Source: a virus
Lineage: Duplodnaviria > Caudoviricetes
DNA length: 59,924 nt
Direction: 5' to 3' (one strand)
Virus record (IMG/VR): IMGVR_UViG_3300020442_000563
Coordinates: 1-59,924 of that record
The notes beneath the pieces were generated by a model. It worked only from the letters and a program-made list of their open reading frames with translations, searched no databases and was not told the origin of the DNA. Below, piece after piece: positions 28,502-38,000 of the stretch. Position 1 is the stretch's first letter, and each line of letters opens with the position of its first letter. A program made the translations under genes and the position numbers.

Positions 28502-29060
28502 CAATGAGGACTGCTGTATCTCCAATAGAAACAGTCACTCCATCTTCAATATCAATAGATATATCTTCCTTATATTCTTGAGGAATCATACAATATCCTA
28601 CTTTTTTATCACCTGATAATTCTGCATCTTGTACAAATGTTGTTCTTATATTATCTGCAAAATCTGTAAGTTTTGGTAGGTTTGTTCTCTCAGTTGGATT
28701 TGAGAAAAACAAATAATCAGTGGTATCAGTTAGAGATAGTACACAACCGTCATCAATATCAACTGTTACACCATCATCAATATCAACAGTTGCATCCTCG
28801 TGAGTATAAACTTCTGCAAACTTGTTAGGAGATTTTATACTTCTATCAGAACCAAATCCTCCATAATAGAAAAAGATAATTTTATCAATTTGGTCTGAGA
28901 CTACACCAATGTCAGCACCAGCAATTTGAATTCTACCAACGTTTAGGTTTGCTGTACCAGTGTATGCTGCATGAATGTCTGCTGCAATTTCATTGATAGC
29001 AACCCTTTGAAACTCAATGGTGTTAGATGGTTGAACAATCTTTTTATTAATGCCTGCCAT
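28497..29060 (-). CDS. fibre anchor/adaptor protein
   Basis: N-terminal TIEFQRVAINEIAAD motif; two xDIxDGVTVxIxD motifs. Confidence 0.7.
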   Translation of the reverse strand: MAGINKKIVQPSNTIEFQRVAINEIAADIHAAYTGTANLNVGRIQIAGADIGVVSDQIDKIIFFYYGGFGSDRSIKSPNKFAEVYTHEDATVDIDDGVTVDIDDGCVLSLTDTTDYLFFSNPTERTNLPKLTDFADNIRTTFVQDAELSGDKKVGYCMIPQEYKEDISIDIEDGVTVSIGDTAVLIV

Positions 29061-29068
29061 TAGCCTAT

Positions 29069-29098
29069 AAAAATACCCTCTCTAGTATTTAGAGAGGG
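29069..29098 (-). terminator. terminator-like hairpin with embedded late promoter
   Basis: Minus strand CCCTCTCTA-AATAC-TAGAGAGGG-TATTTTT; CTAAATA spans stem and loop. Confidence 0.6.
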
Positions 29099-29108
29099 CA
29101 AGATTTCA

Positions 29109-29324
29109 TCATTCAGTCGCAGGTGTCGTAGGTTCTGGGGGACCATCCGATGTCTCTACCTGCTCCTCGTTCTTTGGGGAAAGCAAATCTAGAGTTTCCA
29201 ACCCACCCAATAGTTTAATTTTATATTCTCTGAGTGCTTGTAAATTCTTTTCTGCTTCTAAAATTTTTGTGTCTGCGTCTTTAAGTTGCTTATCAAATTC
29301 AATCTTGAGACTAGCGGCATCCAT
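29109..29324 (-). CDS. small coiled-coil protein (71 aa)
   Basis: Probable start MDAASLK at 29324, downstream of CTAAATA at 29348-29354. Confidence 0.7.
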   Translation of the reverse strand: MDAASLKIEFDKQLKDADTKILEAEKNLQALREYKIKLLGGLETLDLLSPKNEEQVETSDGPPEPTTPATE

Positions 29325-29350
29325 AATATCTAATTTGTAATGTGTACTAT

Positions 29351-31915
29351 TTAGGTGGTCTTCATAATATAGCACAAAGCATAGTAAGGTGGCAAGTTTG
29401 CACCAGTTGCAGAAGAACCTTGTGTGTTGGTTCCAGTATCAGAAGGATTTCCTGTGGTTCCAGAAATACTAACGTTTTTACTACCTGTAGTTCCACTAAC
29501 ACTAATGTTAACATTATCACTTCCACTTCCACTAAAACTAAAGCTGTGATTGTGATCCTGACTTATACCAGCAGTAGTTCCACTGTGTGAGTGACCTCCT
29601 GCACTTTTAGTATTGCGGTTGTAATCCGCAGTCCAATCAGCAGTATCTTTAGGACCAGAACCACCTTGATCATCTGTTCCATCACCAAAATCCATACCGT
29701 GTGTGTGGGATCCTGTTGAGTTCGTACTAAATGTATGAGTATGGTTCTGACTTTGATTTCCTGTAGTTCCACTACCACTAACAGAAATATTAACGGTATC
29801 ACTACCACTGCCACTGAAAGAGTGATCGTGACTGCCACTGCCACTGAAAGAGTGAGTGTGATTATTGATGGTGTGTGAGTGAGATACTAACGTAGCATCA
29901 GCACTACCACCAGTGTCTCCTACATTGTAAGTAGAACCCGCACCAATAACAAATGTATTTCTAAGATCTGGTGGGGTTACCTGACTACCATTAATAGTAC
30001 GTGTTTGACCATCACATAGTATCCAACCAGATGGAATAGCATTTGCTGCACCAGACCATAATATAATTCCACCAGGAGGAAATACATGATATGCACTACT
30101 ATCTACAGATCCATCTGCTTTTAAAAATTCACTAGATGAACCACCTGTTTTCTTAAATCCACCTGCCTCTATTTGACCAGAAGCAGAATTAAATTTTAAA
30201 TTAGTTCCTGTCTTAGGTTCTAAATTTCCAGTTGAATCCTTAACAAATAATGGATAACAACTATCATCACTACTCTCATCTGCTACTGTAATTTGTGTAG
30301 GGGTTGTAGTGCTAATAACTCCAGCAGTAATATCAATTCCACTACCAATTTTTACACCACCTAAAACAGTGCTAGATGCTGTAGGTAATGAATAAACTGT
30401 ATCCGTTGAACTTACAACACCATTGCCATCAATACTAAGATTTGTACCTATCTTAATTCCACCAAGAACTGATGATGATGCAACTGGAATAGATGTTAAA
30501 AATCCAGATACATCTGGAGGTGTATATGTAAATGTTCCGTTAGTATTGTTGTAAGAAAGAGCAGCAGATCCAGGTGAATTTGAAACAACAGAAAAACTAG
30601 TAAGAGAAACACCGCCACCACTAGATTGTGCTATCCAAGCATAGTCATTACCATTCCAACTTAATACTTCACTAGCAGAAGCAGAAGATGTATTTAAATG
30701 AGTATCAACATTAGAATCTCCATAGGAACTTCCAGTTCCAATAGGATGTGCATCTACCCATTGATTACTATCACCATCAGTATAATATATTTTTAATCTA
30801 CCCTCGTCAGATTTATACCAAAGGTCTCCATTTGAAGGAGAAGATGGAGCAGTATCTGAAACAGATACGGTAGCACCCCCACCACCACCAGAAGCAGTGG
30901 CATCAGTATCATTTGTCCAAGAACTACCATTGTACTTTAACACCTGTCCGTTAGATGGACTTGTTATAGTGACATTGGATAAATCTTGAAGATTGACTGG
31001 TATAGTTGGTTTATTTAAAATTACTGCTAACCCACTAGTAGCAGCCCAATCAGATTGCACTGCTCCATCATCATCAGCGATGACCCAAGAAGTACCATTA
31101 TATTTTAAGATTTTATTGTTTGCTAGTCCACTTGTATTGACATCACTGAGATCATTCAATGCAGATACAGTAGATTTTGAGTTCCAAGAATTAATATCTG
31201 CTTGAGTGATATTCTTTACATGTGTTGGAACTGTAGGATCAGTTTCTGTAAATGATGTTAGATAACCAGGCGTAAAGTTTACCCAATTACTACCATTCCA
31301 TTTTAATAGTTGATCTGTTTGAGCACTGGTAATAGAAACATCACCAATATCATTAATACCACTAATTGTTGTTCCTGTGTTATCTGTACCATTTACCCAT
31401 GCAGTACCATTCCACTTGAGAACCTCATTTGCTTGTGGATTGTTGATAGTTACATTTCCAACTTGACTGAGAGTAGAAATGTTTGCAGAAGTATCAGTAC
31501 CGTTTTCCCATGCAGACCCATTCCATTTAAGAACTTGTCCTACGGATGGACTGTTGACAGTTACATCAGTGTGTCCACTAACAGAACCAAGAGTAGTTAA
31601 AAATCCACTAAGATCTGGTGGAGTATATGAGAATACCGCAGTGCCATTATTGTAAGAAAGAGCACCACCTCCACTAGCAGGATTAGTTATAATAGAAAAA
31701 CTAGTACTAACTACGTCCGTGTCTAGAACCCAAGCAGTACCGTTATACTTAATTATTTGCTGTACGTTAGGATTGGCAGCAGTTACATCAACAAGATCAT
31801 CTAAAGAAAAATTTGCAACTGTAGTATTGAGAGCATGAAGGTCAGCAGCAATTTCGTTAATTTCTTGCCTTTGCTGCTCAAACGTATCAGTTTTTGGGAC
31901 GTTCCGTAATACCAT
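29351..31915 (-). CDS. tail fibre with collar domain and HxH needle (gp12/gp37-like)
   Basis: LxDVxI..P..GQVLKWNGxxW repeats; collar PPGGIILWSG..IPSGWILCDG..PDLRN; seven HxH; NLPPYYALCYIMK end. Confidence 0.88.
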   Translation of the reverse strand: MVLRNVPKTDTFEQQRQEINEIAADLHALNTTVANFSLDDLVDVTAANPNVQQIIKYNGTAWVLDTDVVSTSFSIITNPASGGGALSYNNGTAVFSYTPPDLSGFLTTLGSVSGHTDVTVNSPSVGQVLKWNGSAWENGTDTSANISTLSQVGNVTINNPQANEVLKWNGTAWVNGTDNTGTTISGINDIGDVSITSAQTDQLLKWNGSNWVNFTPGYLTSFTETDPTVPTHVKNITQADINSWNSKSTVSALNDLSDVNTSGLANNKILKYNGTSWVIADDDGAVQSDWAATSGLAVILNKPTIPVNLQDLSNVTITSPSNGQVLKYNGSSWTNDTDATASGGGGGATVSVSDTAPSSPSNGDLWYKSDEGRLKIYYTDGDSNQWVDAHPIGTGSSYGDSNVDTHLNTSSASASEVLSWNGNDYAWIAQSSGGGVSLTSFSVVSNSPGSAALSYNNTNGTFTYTPPDVSGFLTSIPVASSSVLGGIKIGTNLSIDGNGVVSSTDTVYSLPTASSTVLGGVKIGSGIDITAGVISTTTPTQITVADESSDDSCYPLFVKDSTGNLEPKTGTNLKFNSASGQIEAGGFKKTGGSSSEFLKADGSVDSSAYHVFPPGGIILWSGAANAIPSGWILCDGQTRTINGSQVTPPDLRNTFVIGAGSTYNVGDTGGSADATLVSHSHTINNHTHSFSGSGSHDHSFSGSGSDTVNISVSGSGTTGNQSQNHTHTFSTNSTGSHTHGMDFGDGTDDQGGSGPKDTADWTADYNRNTKSAGGHSHSGTTAGISQDHNHSFSFSGSGSDNVNISVSGTTGSKNVSISGTTGNPSDTGTNTQGSSATGANLPPYYALCYIMKTT

Positions 31916-32114
31916 CAGGATCCACCAATTGTTTTAATAGAGATTTGATCTCACTCATCTCACCTTTAAGATAATCTAATTCATGTTTCATATTTTGAAA
32001 CTTTGATTTAGATCTCTTGTATTTCTCAAAAGAAGACCTATCGGTATTTATGATAGCGCCAGAATTCACATCCCTGTAGAGATGATCATTATCTTTAACT
32101 TTTAAATGATCCAT
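31887..32114 (-). CDS. conserved small T4-like cyanophage protein
   Basis: KV...LYRD..SGAIINTD plus a C-terminal coiled coil. Confidence 0.75.
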   Translation of the reverse strand: MDHLKVKDNDHLYRDVNSGAIINTDRSSFEKYKRSKSKFQNMKHELDYLKGEMSEIKSLLKQLVDPDGITERPKN

Positions 32115-33007
32115 TATAATCCGAATCTTCCTTTCTCAGCATTCCAATGTGCAGCAATCTCTTGATTTGATAATGATCTATTGTAGATTCTAACAATAGC
32201 AACTTTACCTTCTAATCTTTCGTAATCATCTGCTCTTGATGCAATAGCAAATCCAGTACTACTTGAGACTGCCATACTACTACCCTGACTATGACTACCT
32301 TTCAATGAGTTATTAACCCACCAATAGTGAGTGCCACCAGTATACTGCCATACACAATGGAACCAAACATTATCACCAAATGAATCCCAGTCTCTATCAC
32401 CAGAACCAGCACTAACTCCAGAACTATTAAAGTGGAACTGACCACCAGGATCTACAATATGGTTAAACTGATTAGGGAATCCACTACCATATCGTGATAC
32501 AAGTACATCTCTTCCAGATCCATTGTACATGTACCACCCTTCAATACACAAAGAAGCAGTATTTAATTTATCTGACATCGCAGGGTTTCCACTACCTGCA
32601 CCAACAGTAATTCTACAATTATTAGTGTAAGTGTCTATATGTCCACCATTAGCAGTCTTATAATTAAAAGATCCACCATTCAAGTTTACTGGAGTATTAG
32701 ATGAACTACTACCCCAATCTGTTGAACTATGGTCTAATGCTGCTGCTAATGATGTTGAACCAGTAATTTGTTGATTATCAGAATAAGACAGTCTTCCAAA
32801 ATCAAGGTCCATCAATAAACCAGATCCAGGACCTTGAGAATAAGCAGCACCTCCACCTAATGCACTCCATGCAGAACCATCCCATGCTTTAAGTTTATCA
32901 TCAGTTGTATTGTAAACAATACTACCCTCGTCATTTGCTCCAAGTCCACTTGGATCTGAGGATTCTGGTCCGTAAATTCTTCTGTTTCCTACGTAAATTG
33001 GTGACAT
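32114..33007 (-). CDS. LamG/concanavalin-like lectin domain fibre-tip protein
   Basis: Probable start MSPIYVG at 33007 with GAGGA SD; IEGW, WFHCV and VRIYNRSLS.QEI motifs. Confidence 0.8.
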   Translation of the reverse strand: MSPIYVGNRRIYGPESSDPSGLGANDEGSIVYNTTDDKLKAWDGSAWSALGGGAAYSQGPGSGLLMDLDFGRLSYSDNQQITGSTSLAAALDHSSTDWGSSSSNTPVNLNGGSFNYKTANGGHIDTYTNNCRITVGAGSGNPAMSDKLNTASLCIEGWYMYNGSGRDVLVSRYGSGFPNQFNHIVDPGGQFHFNSSGVSAGSGDRDWDSFGDNVWFHCVWQYTGGTHYWWVNNSLKGSHSQGSSMAVSSSTGFAIASRADDYERLEGKVAIVRIYNRSLSNQEIAAHWNAEKGRFGL

Positions 33008-33018
33008 ATTATCCTCTA

Positions 33019-33165
33019 TTAAGCATCCACCCAAGCGGTTCCATTATAAACTTTTAGTTTATTTTCGGTGGTATTATAGTATTCATCTCCTTCTGTTGGA
33101 GCAGGGGATGTTGGAGCAGAACTAGATTCAGCGTAATACTTACGACCGCCAATGTGTAGTGGCAT
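33019..33165 (-). CDS. 48-aa anchor-only paralogue of the LamG protein N-terminus (not in ORF track)
   Basis: MPLHIGGRKYYAESSSAPTSPAPTEGDEYYNTTENKLKVYNGTAWVDA; TGATG coupling; fills the gap exactly. Confidence 0.85.
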   Translation of the reverse strand: MPLHIGGRKYYAESSSAPTSPAPTEGDEYYNTTENKLKVYNGTAWVDA

Positions 33166-35069
33166 CACTGAACCTCCTGAAGCATGAACTTGTACTTCTT
33201 ACCGCTTCTCCTATTTATTAGGAAGAGGTCTGTTTCACCCTCTTGAATTGTGTATTGACCCCAAGTTCCATCAACATCATTAGTACCACCCTCGTTAGAT
33301 AGTTGAAGGTCAGCAGAGTAGATGTTTGCCCAGCGAGCATTAGATGCTCCAAGGTCTTGTGTACCATCAGTACCAGGAAGAACTTTTCCATCTCCACGAA
33401 CAAGGAATTGTGCTGCCTTAGCACCACTTGCTCCAGTGTTAGCATAAACAGCAAAAGTATTTCTTGTTGCTGTGACTCCATGTTTTTGATAGATTTCAAA
33501 ACCATTACTATTATCATCACATTGTGATACAAACAGATGACCGTTAATAGCAGTGTTTAAATCTGCACCTAAAGTTCCAGAAACGTCTCCAGTTTCAAAT
33601 CTACCATTTCCAAAAGCTTTTAGTGTAACATTTGTACCACTACCAGATGTATTAACAATTTGGAAACAGTCTGTCGTATATCTGGTAGTGTAGATATTCA
33701 AAGAACCGTTACTACCACCAACTGATACACCATTATTATTAGTAGAGTTTGAAGCAGCTCCAAAATTTCCTAAACCATTAGCGTAGAGTTCAAATGTGGT
33801 GGCACCAGCAGCATTATCACCAGTGAAATTACGACCATCAGCGAGGTTTCTAGCATATACAGCAGACTTGTTTGAAAGACTATTTGCGTTCGCATAAGCA
33901 ATCAAACCATAGTCATCAGGAGCTGCAGATCCACTACCAATAGTTACGGTTTCAACAAACGAAGCAGATCCGTCAGAGTTAATTCTGGCAGTACGATCAT
34001 TTGCTGTTAAACCACCTTTGTAAACTTCATACACAGGATTGTTGGTAGAGTCGTTGCGAGCAACAACATTTGCTCCATCACTTACAAAGTTGAGGAATAA
34101 ATTACCAGAAGCAAACGAAGCACCACCATTGTGGTAAATAGCTGCCTTCAATGAACCAGCAGTAGTTCCACCACTGTAGATAGAAATTGCCTGACCTGTA
34201 GCAGGTCTAGAATCACTTCTTAACTGGAAGTATCCACTATCTCCCATGTTAATTCCATCATTATTTTGGAATGTTCCAATGTTATACTGACCTGTTTGAG
34301 TAAGTCCAGTAAGAGTTCCAACAGAAGTGATGTTATTTTGACCAGCAGTTGCAAGGACACCAGTAATAGTCTTACCAGACTCCATGGTTAGTCCAGTACT
34401 ATTAAAAGTACCAACTAAAGCATTACTAGTTCCTGTGTAGATTGGAACTGAAGCACCCTTAATTCTAAGAGGATTCCATGTTGAAGTTCCTCTGTTAAAA
34501 GAAGATATCTGACCAGTATTAGCATCAGGTGCAAAAACCTCAACACCAGAACCAGTAGAAGGAGTAAAATTACCAGTAAAATGTCCACCACCAATACTAC
34601 CTAGACCTGCTACTGTTAACGTATTTGATTTTAAGGAAGTGGCGGCTTCAAGACCAATACTACTTACAAGAGCATCTTTAGCATCAACAAAATTAAATGT
34701 TATATCTGTAGCAGAATCAATTGTAATACCTGCACCATCAGCCTGAGCATCACTGGTGCTTCCTTTAGCAATTAAAATATTTTTATCGGTAACTTCTAGA
34801 TTGGCAGAAGAAACGGTTGTGGTGGTTCCTGTAACATCAAGGTTACCAGCAATCGTAACAGTACCTCCACCACTGTTAGCGTTGATTGTGAAGGCATTAG
34901 GGACTGCTAAATTAGCACCAGTGAACCCATTAGTCCCATCTACCTTTAAGAAGGTAGCATTTGCTGTAGTTTGAGAACTATAAAAAGACCAATGATCTTG
35001 AGCAACAAGATTAATCTCTTGTCTTTGTTGCTCAAAAGTAAAATTGGTTGCTACATTTCTTTGTGGCAT
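33165..35069 (-). CDS. tail fibre protein
   Basis: TFEQQRQEIN N-terminus; GNLDVTGTTTTV..DKNI block; C-terminal DLG...RWANIYSADL...TIQEG..DLFLIN. Confidence 0.85.
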   Translation of the reverse strand: MPQRNVATNFTFEQQRQEINLVAQDHWSFYSSQTTANATFLKVDGTNGFTGANLAVPNAFTINANSGGGTVTIAGNLDVTGTTTTVSSANLEVTDKNILIAKGSTSDAQADGAGITIDSATDITFNFVDAKDALVSSIGLEAATSLKSNTLTVAGLGSIGGGHFTGNFTPSTGSGVEVFAPDANTGQISSFNRGTSTWNPLRIKGASVPIYTGTSNALVGTFNSTGLTMESGKTITGVLATAGQNNITSVGTLTGLTQTGQYNIGTFQNNDGINMGDSGYFQLRSDSRPATGQAISIYSGGTTAGSLKAAIYHNGGASFASGNLFLNFVSDGANVVARNDSTNNPVYEVYKGGLTANDRTARINSDGSASFVETVTIGSGSAAPDDYGLIAYANANSLSNKSAVYARNLADGRNFTGDNAAGATTFELYANGLGNFGAASNSTNNNGVSVGGSNGSLNIYTTRYTTDCFQIVNTSGSGTNVTLKAFGNGRFETGDVSGTLGADLNTAINGHLFVSQCDDNSNGFEIYQKHGVTATRNTFAVYANTGASGAKAAQFLVRGDGKVLPGTDGTQDLGASNARWANIYSADLQLSNEGGTNDVDGTWGQYTIQEGETDLFLINRRSGKKYKFMLQEVQ

Positions 35070-35085
35070 TGTATTGATCCTCTAA

Positions 35086-38000
35086 TTAGTATGATGCGAC
35101 TGCTCTTATATCCTGAATTTTGGGGACATAAGCGGGGTTACGAGATTTCATAACAAGTTTTACAGCAAATGATGAAAACTCAGGAAGATCTTCAACACTA
35201 TAACTCAATTCTTGATATGATGATTGTTTCTCAGTGATGCCACTGATAGAGTTTTCTGAGGTTGCAAGTGTATCTACGTCAGGTAAACCAGTACCATTGA
35301 AGTAAATCCATTCAATATCCTCAAAATTCTCTTGAGATGAAGATTTCTTTATTCTATATAGGAGTCCAATGTTGCTTATGTCACTGGTATTAGCAGTGAT
35401 TCTAACATTGATTCCAGTTGCAGGATTTTCAATTGCAACTTCTTTAGTTACATACTTAGCAATAGTAGAACTATTCTTAGATTTGATATCTGAAATAAAG
35501 TCAACACCATCAGTATAAGATATCTTAGATACCTGAATGAATCCTGCCTCGTCTGCTGACTGTCCCTCGTATGATAAGAAATCATCTACACGGAAAATAT
35601 CAGTTGCTTGTGACCCTACAACAGAATTTCTAGCAAATGGATCATTTGCGATACCAGTTGCCTTACTTGTGTAATCATTGTTAATTGGTTGCTTATCATT
35701 AGTAACAGTTAGTTTTCCTGCTTTACTATCCCAAAGAACAATAGCAGCATTAATTGTATTGTCGTAGGTATTAGCAAATCCATCTGGACTTCTGCCAGTT
35801 ACTGTACTTACTGCTACTGTGTTGGGGAAAGAAGGAATTACTCTTGTAATAGAAGCATTATCAACTGTAACTTTATTCGTACCATTATCATTCAATGCTG
35901 TTTGTGTTGTGAATTTCAATGTCTCACCAGCTTGGAATGTATTGGTTGTTTTCACAACTACAGTTACTTCGTTTCCATCTACTTTAACAATCTTACCAGA
36001 GGCATTACTAGCAACACCAGTCAAGGTATCTAAACCTTGTACATTAGTGCCTGGTGTTGTAATAGTAGTTCCACTGTGAGTGTTAGTAACTGTAAACTTA
36101 TATACAGGGTAGAATTCAAGAATTTGATCTCTACGTCCAAATCTATCTTCCTTACCAAGAGGATACTCAACTCTATTAGAAATAGTTTTAAGTGATGCTC
36201 TAGAAAGATCAACTAGTGGAGATAGGTGATCAACTGTACTAGAAAGATCAAGTTTATATGTAAGAGATCTTTCAAGGTTATTAACAGATTCGTTAATGGT
36301 TGATGCAATAACCTTTTGGTTGATAAAGAAGAAATCTTCATTCAAGAATGTCTTCTCATATTCTGTTTGTGAATATGATGTAAATGTGCCAACATTATCA
36401 TCTACAGGTTTAACATTAGTTGTCTTGACTGTAGTATCAATTTTAGTTTGTGTAAATGATAGATTTGGAACAATAGCATGTACCTTCTCAAACTTTCTAT
36501 TGTATGTTGCTAGTACATTTGTACCACCACCAAATGCGTTAGAAGATGCTCTGCTAGATGTTGTAATTACATAACTATCAACACCACTATTGGTTACTTG
36601 ATACAACTCAGAATTTAATTTAGTTGCAGTTACTCCACCAACATCAGATGCAGACTTGAAGAATACATATGAATTGCCAGAATCTTCAAATCCATTATCA
36701 AAGTGATTAACTTTAACTTTAAAGTTATTATTCTTGAATAGACTTGATGTAGCACCAGTATTTGCAGATGCATTTGTTTCAATTGGATTTGAATCTAATC
36801 TTTCATATCCCAATTCTTCATTGGTAAGAAGTAGAGATGCAGTTCTTGAAACATCAAACTTAGCACGCTTAATTGTAAACTTCAGATCTTCAAATAGATC
36901 TTCTGTCCAAGCATTAGTATTCTGAGACTTAAATAGAGATCCTAGTGCAGGTTGGGTTGTGACAGTTGTGCTAGTGGCAATCTCTGTTTCACCTAACTTA
37001 GATGCCCAAACAAGATAGTCAACAGAATCTGTTTCTAATACTAAAGCATACTCAGTATCGTTTTCTAGATAAACTGGATAATCAAAAGCAAAGTTAGTAG
37101 CAGTTGTAGAATTTACAGTATTGTTTGTTGCATCATCAATGGCAACACCCATTCTTACTGCTGGACTATCAATAGTAATAGAAGATGAAATTACAGCACC
37201 AGCATTACCTGTTCCTGTACCTGCAATAACAACAGCAGGGGGTTCAGTGTATTCAGAACCAGAAAGAACAACCTCAGTATGATATACTTTACCACCACCA
37301 ACTCTAACTGTTGCAGTAGCAGTACCGCCACCTGGCAGTTGAGGACTTTCAATACTTACAATTGCTGAATCATAAGAAGAACCAGTATTAGTAACTTTTA
37401 GACCAGTTACTCTACCAGAATCCTTCGCAATCTTGAGAGTGTTAGCAGTGTTGTTTGTATTGTTAGCAAGAGTTAGTGAAGGAACTTTTAAGTCTTCATC
37501 TTGCTGGAAAGATACACCAGTGTGATTGCTTAATACTAATGTATATACTTGATCGCTAGTTAAAGAGAATATACCAGAAGAAGATGGAGTTACTTCTAGT
37601 TTATTCTTGTCATATACCTTAGAGATAGGACCTGAAGCATTAGATACAGAACCAGTTACTTTCTCTCCTTGTGTAATTGATAGATTTGCACTAGCAACAA
37701 CCCTCAGATAAGTTTCGGGGCAAAGAACCTTTTGTGTACCAGGAACAATGTTTTTACCAGGCTTACTGTTTTGTACATCAGTCAAGTAAACTCTAATAGG
37801 AATATCATCACTCTTAGCATTGAAGAATAGATCAACACCTGTTGCAAACACACCACCATCAAAGTTCTCAACCTTAAATGTTTGAGCAAGTGGATTTGGT
37901 CTGATTGGATTTGAAGTATTGCTATCAGTTAACTGAGTTCCTTCATTTGCTTTGAAGAATGCTGGAGAGGTAGAAACAATAGATGAAGGATTGTCTGGAA

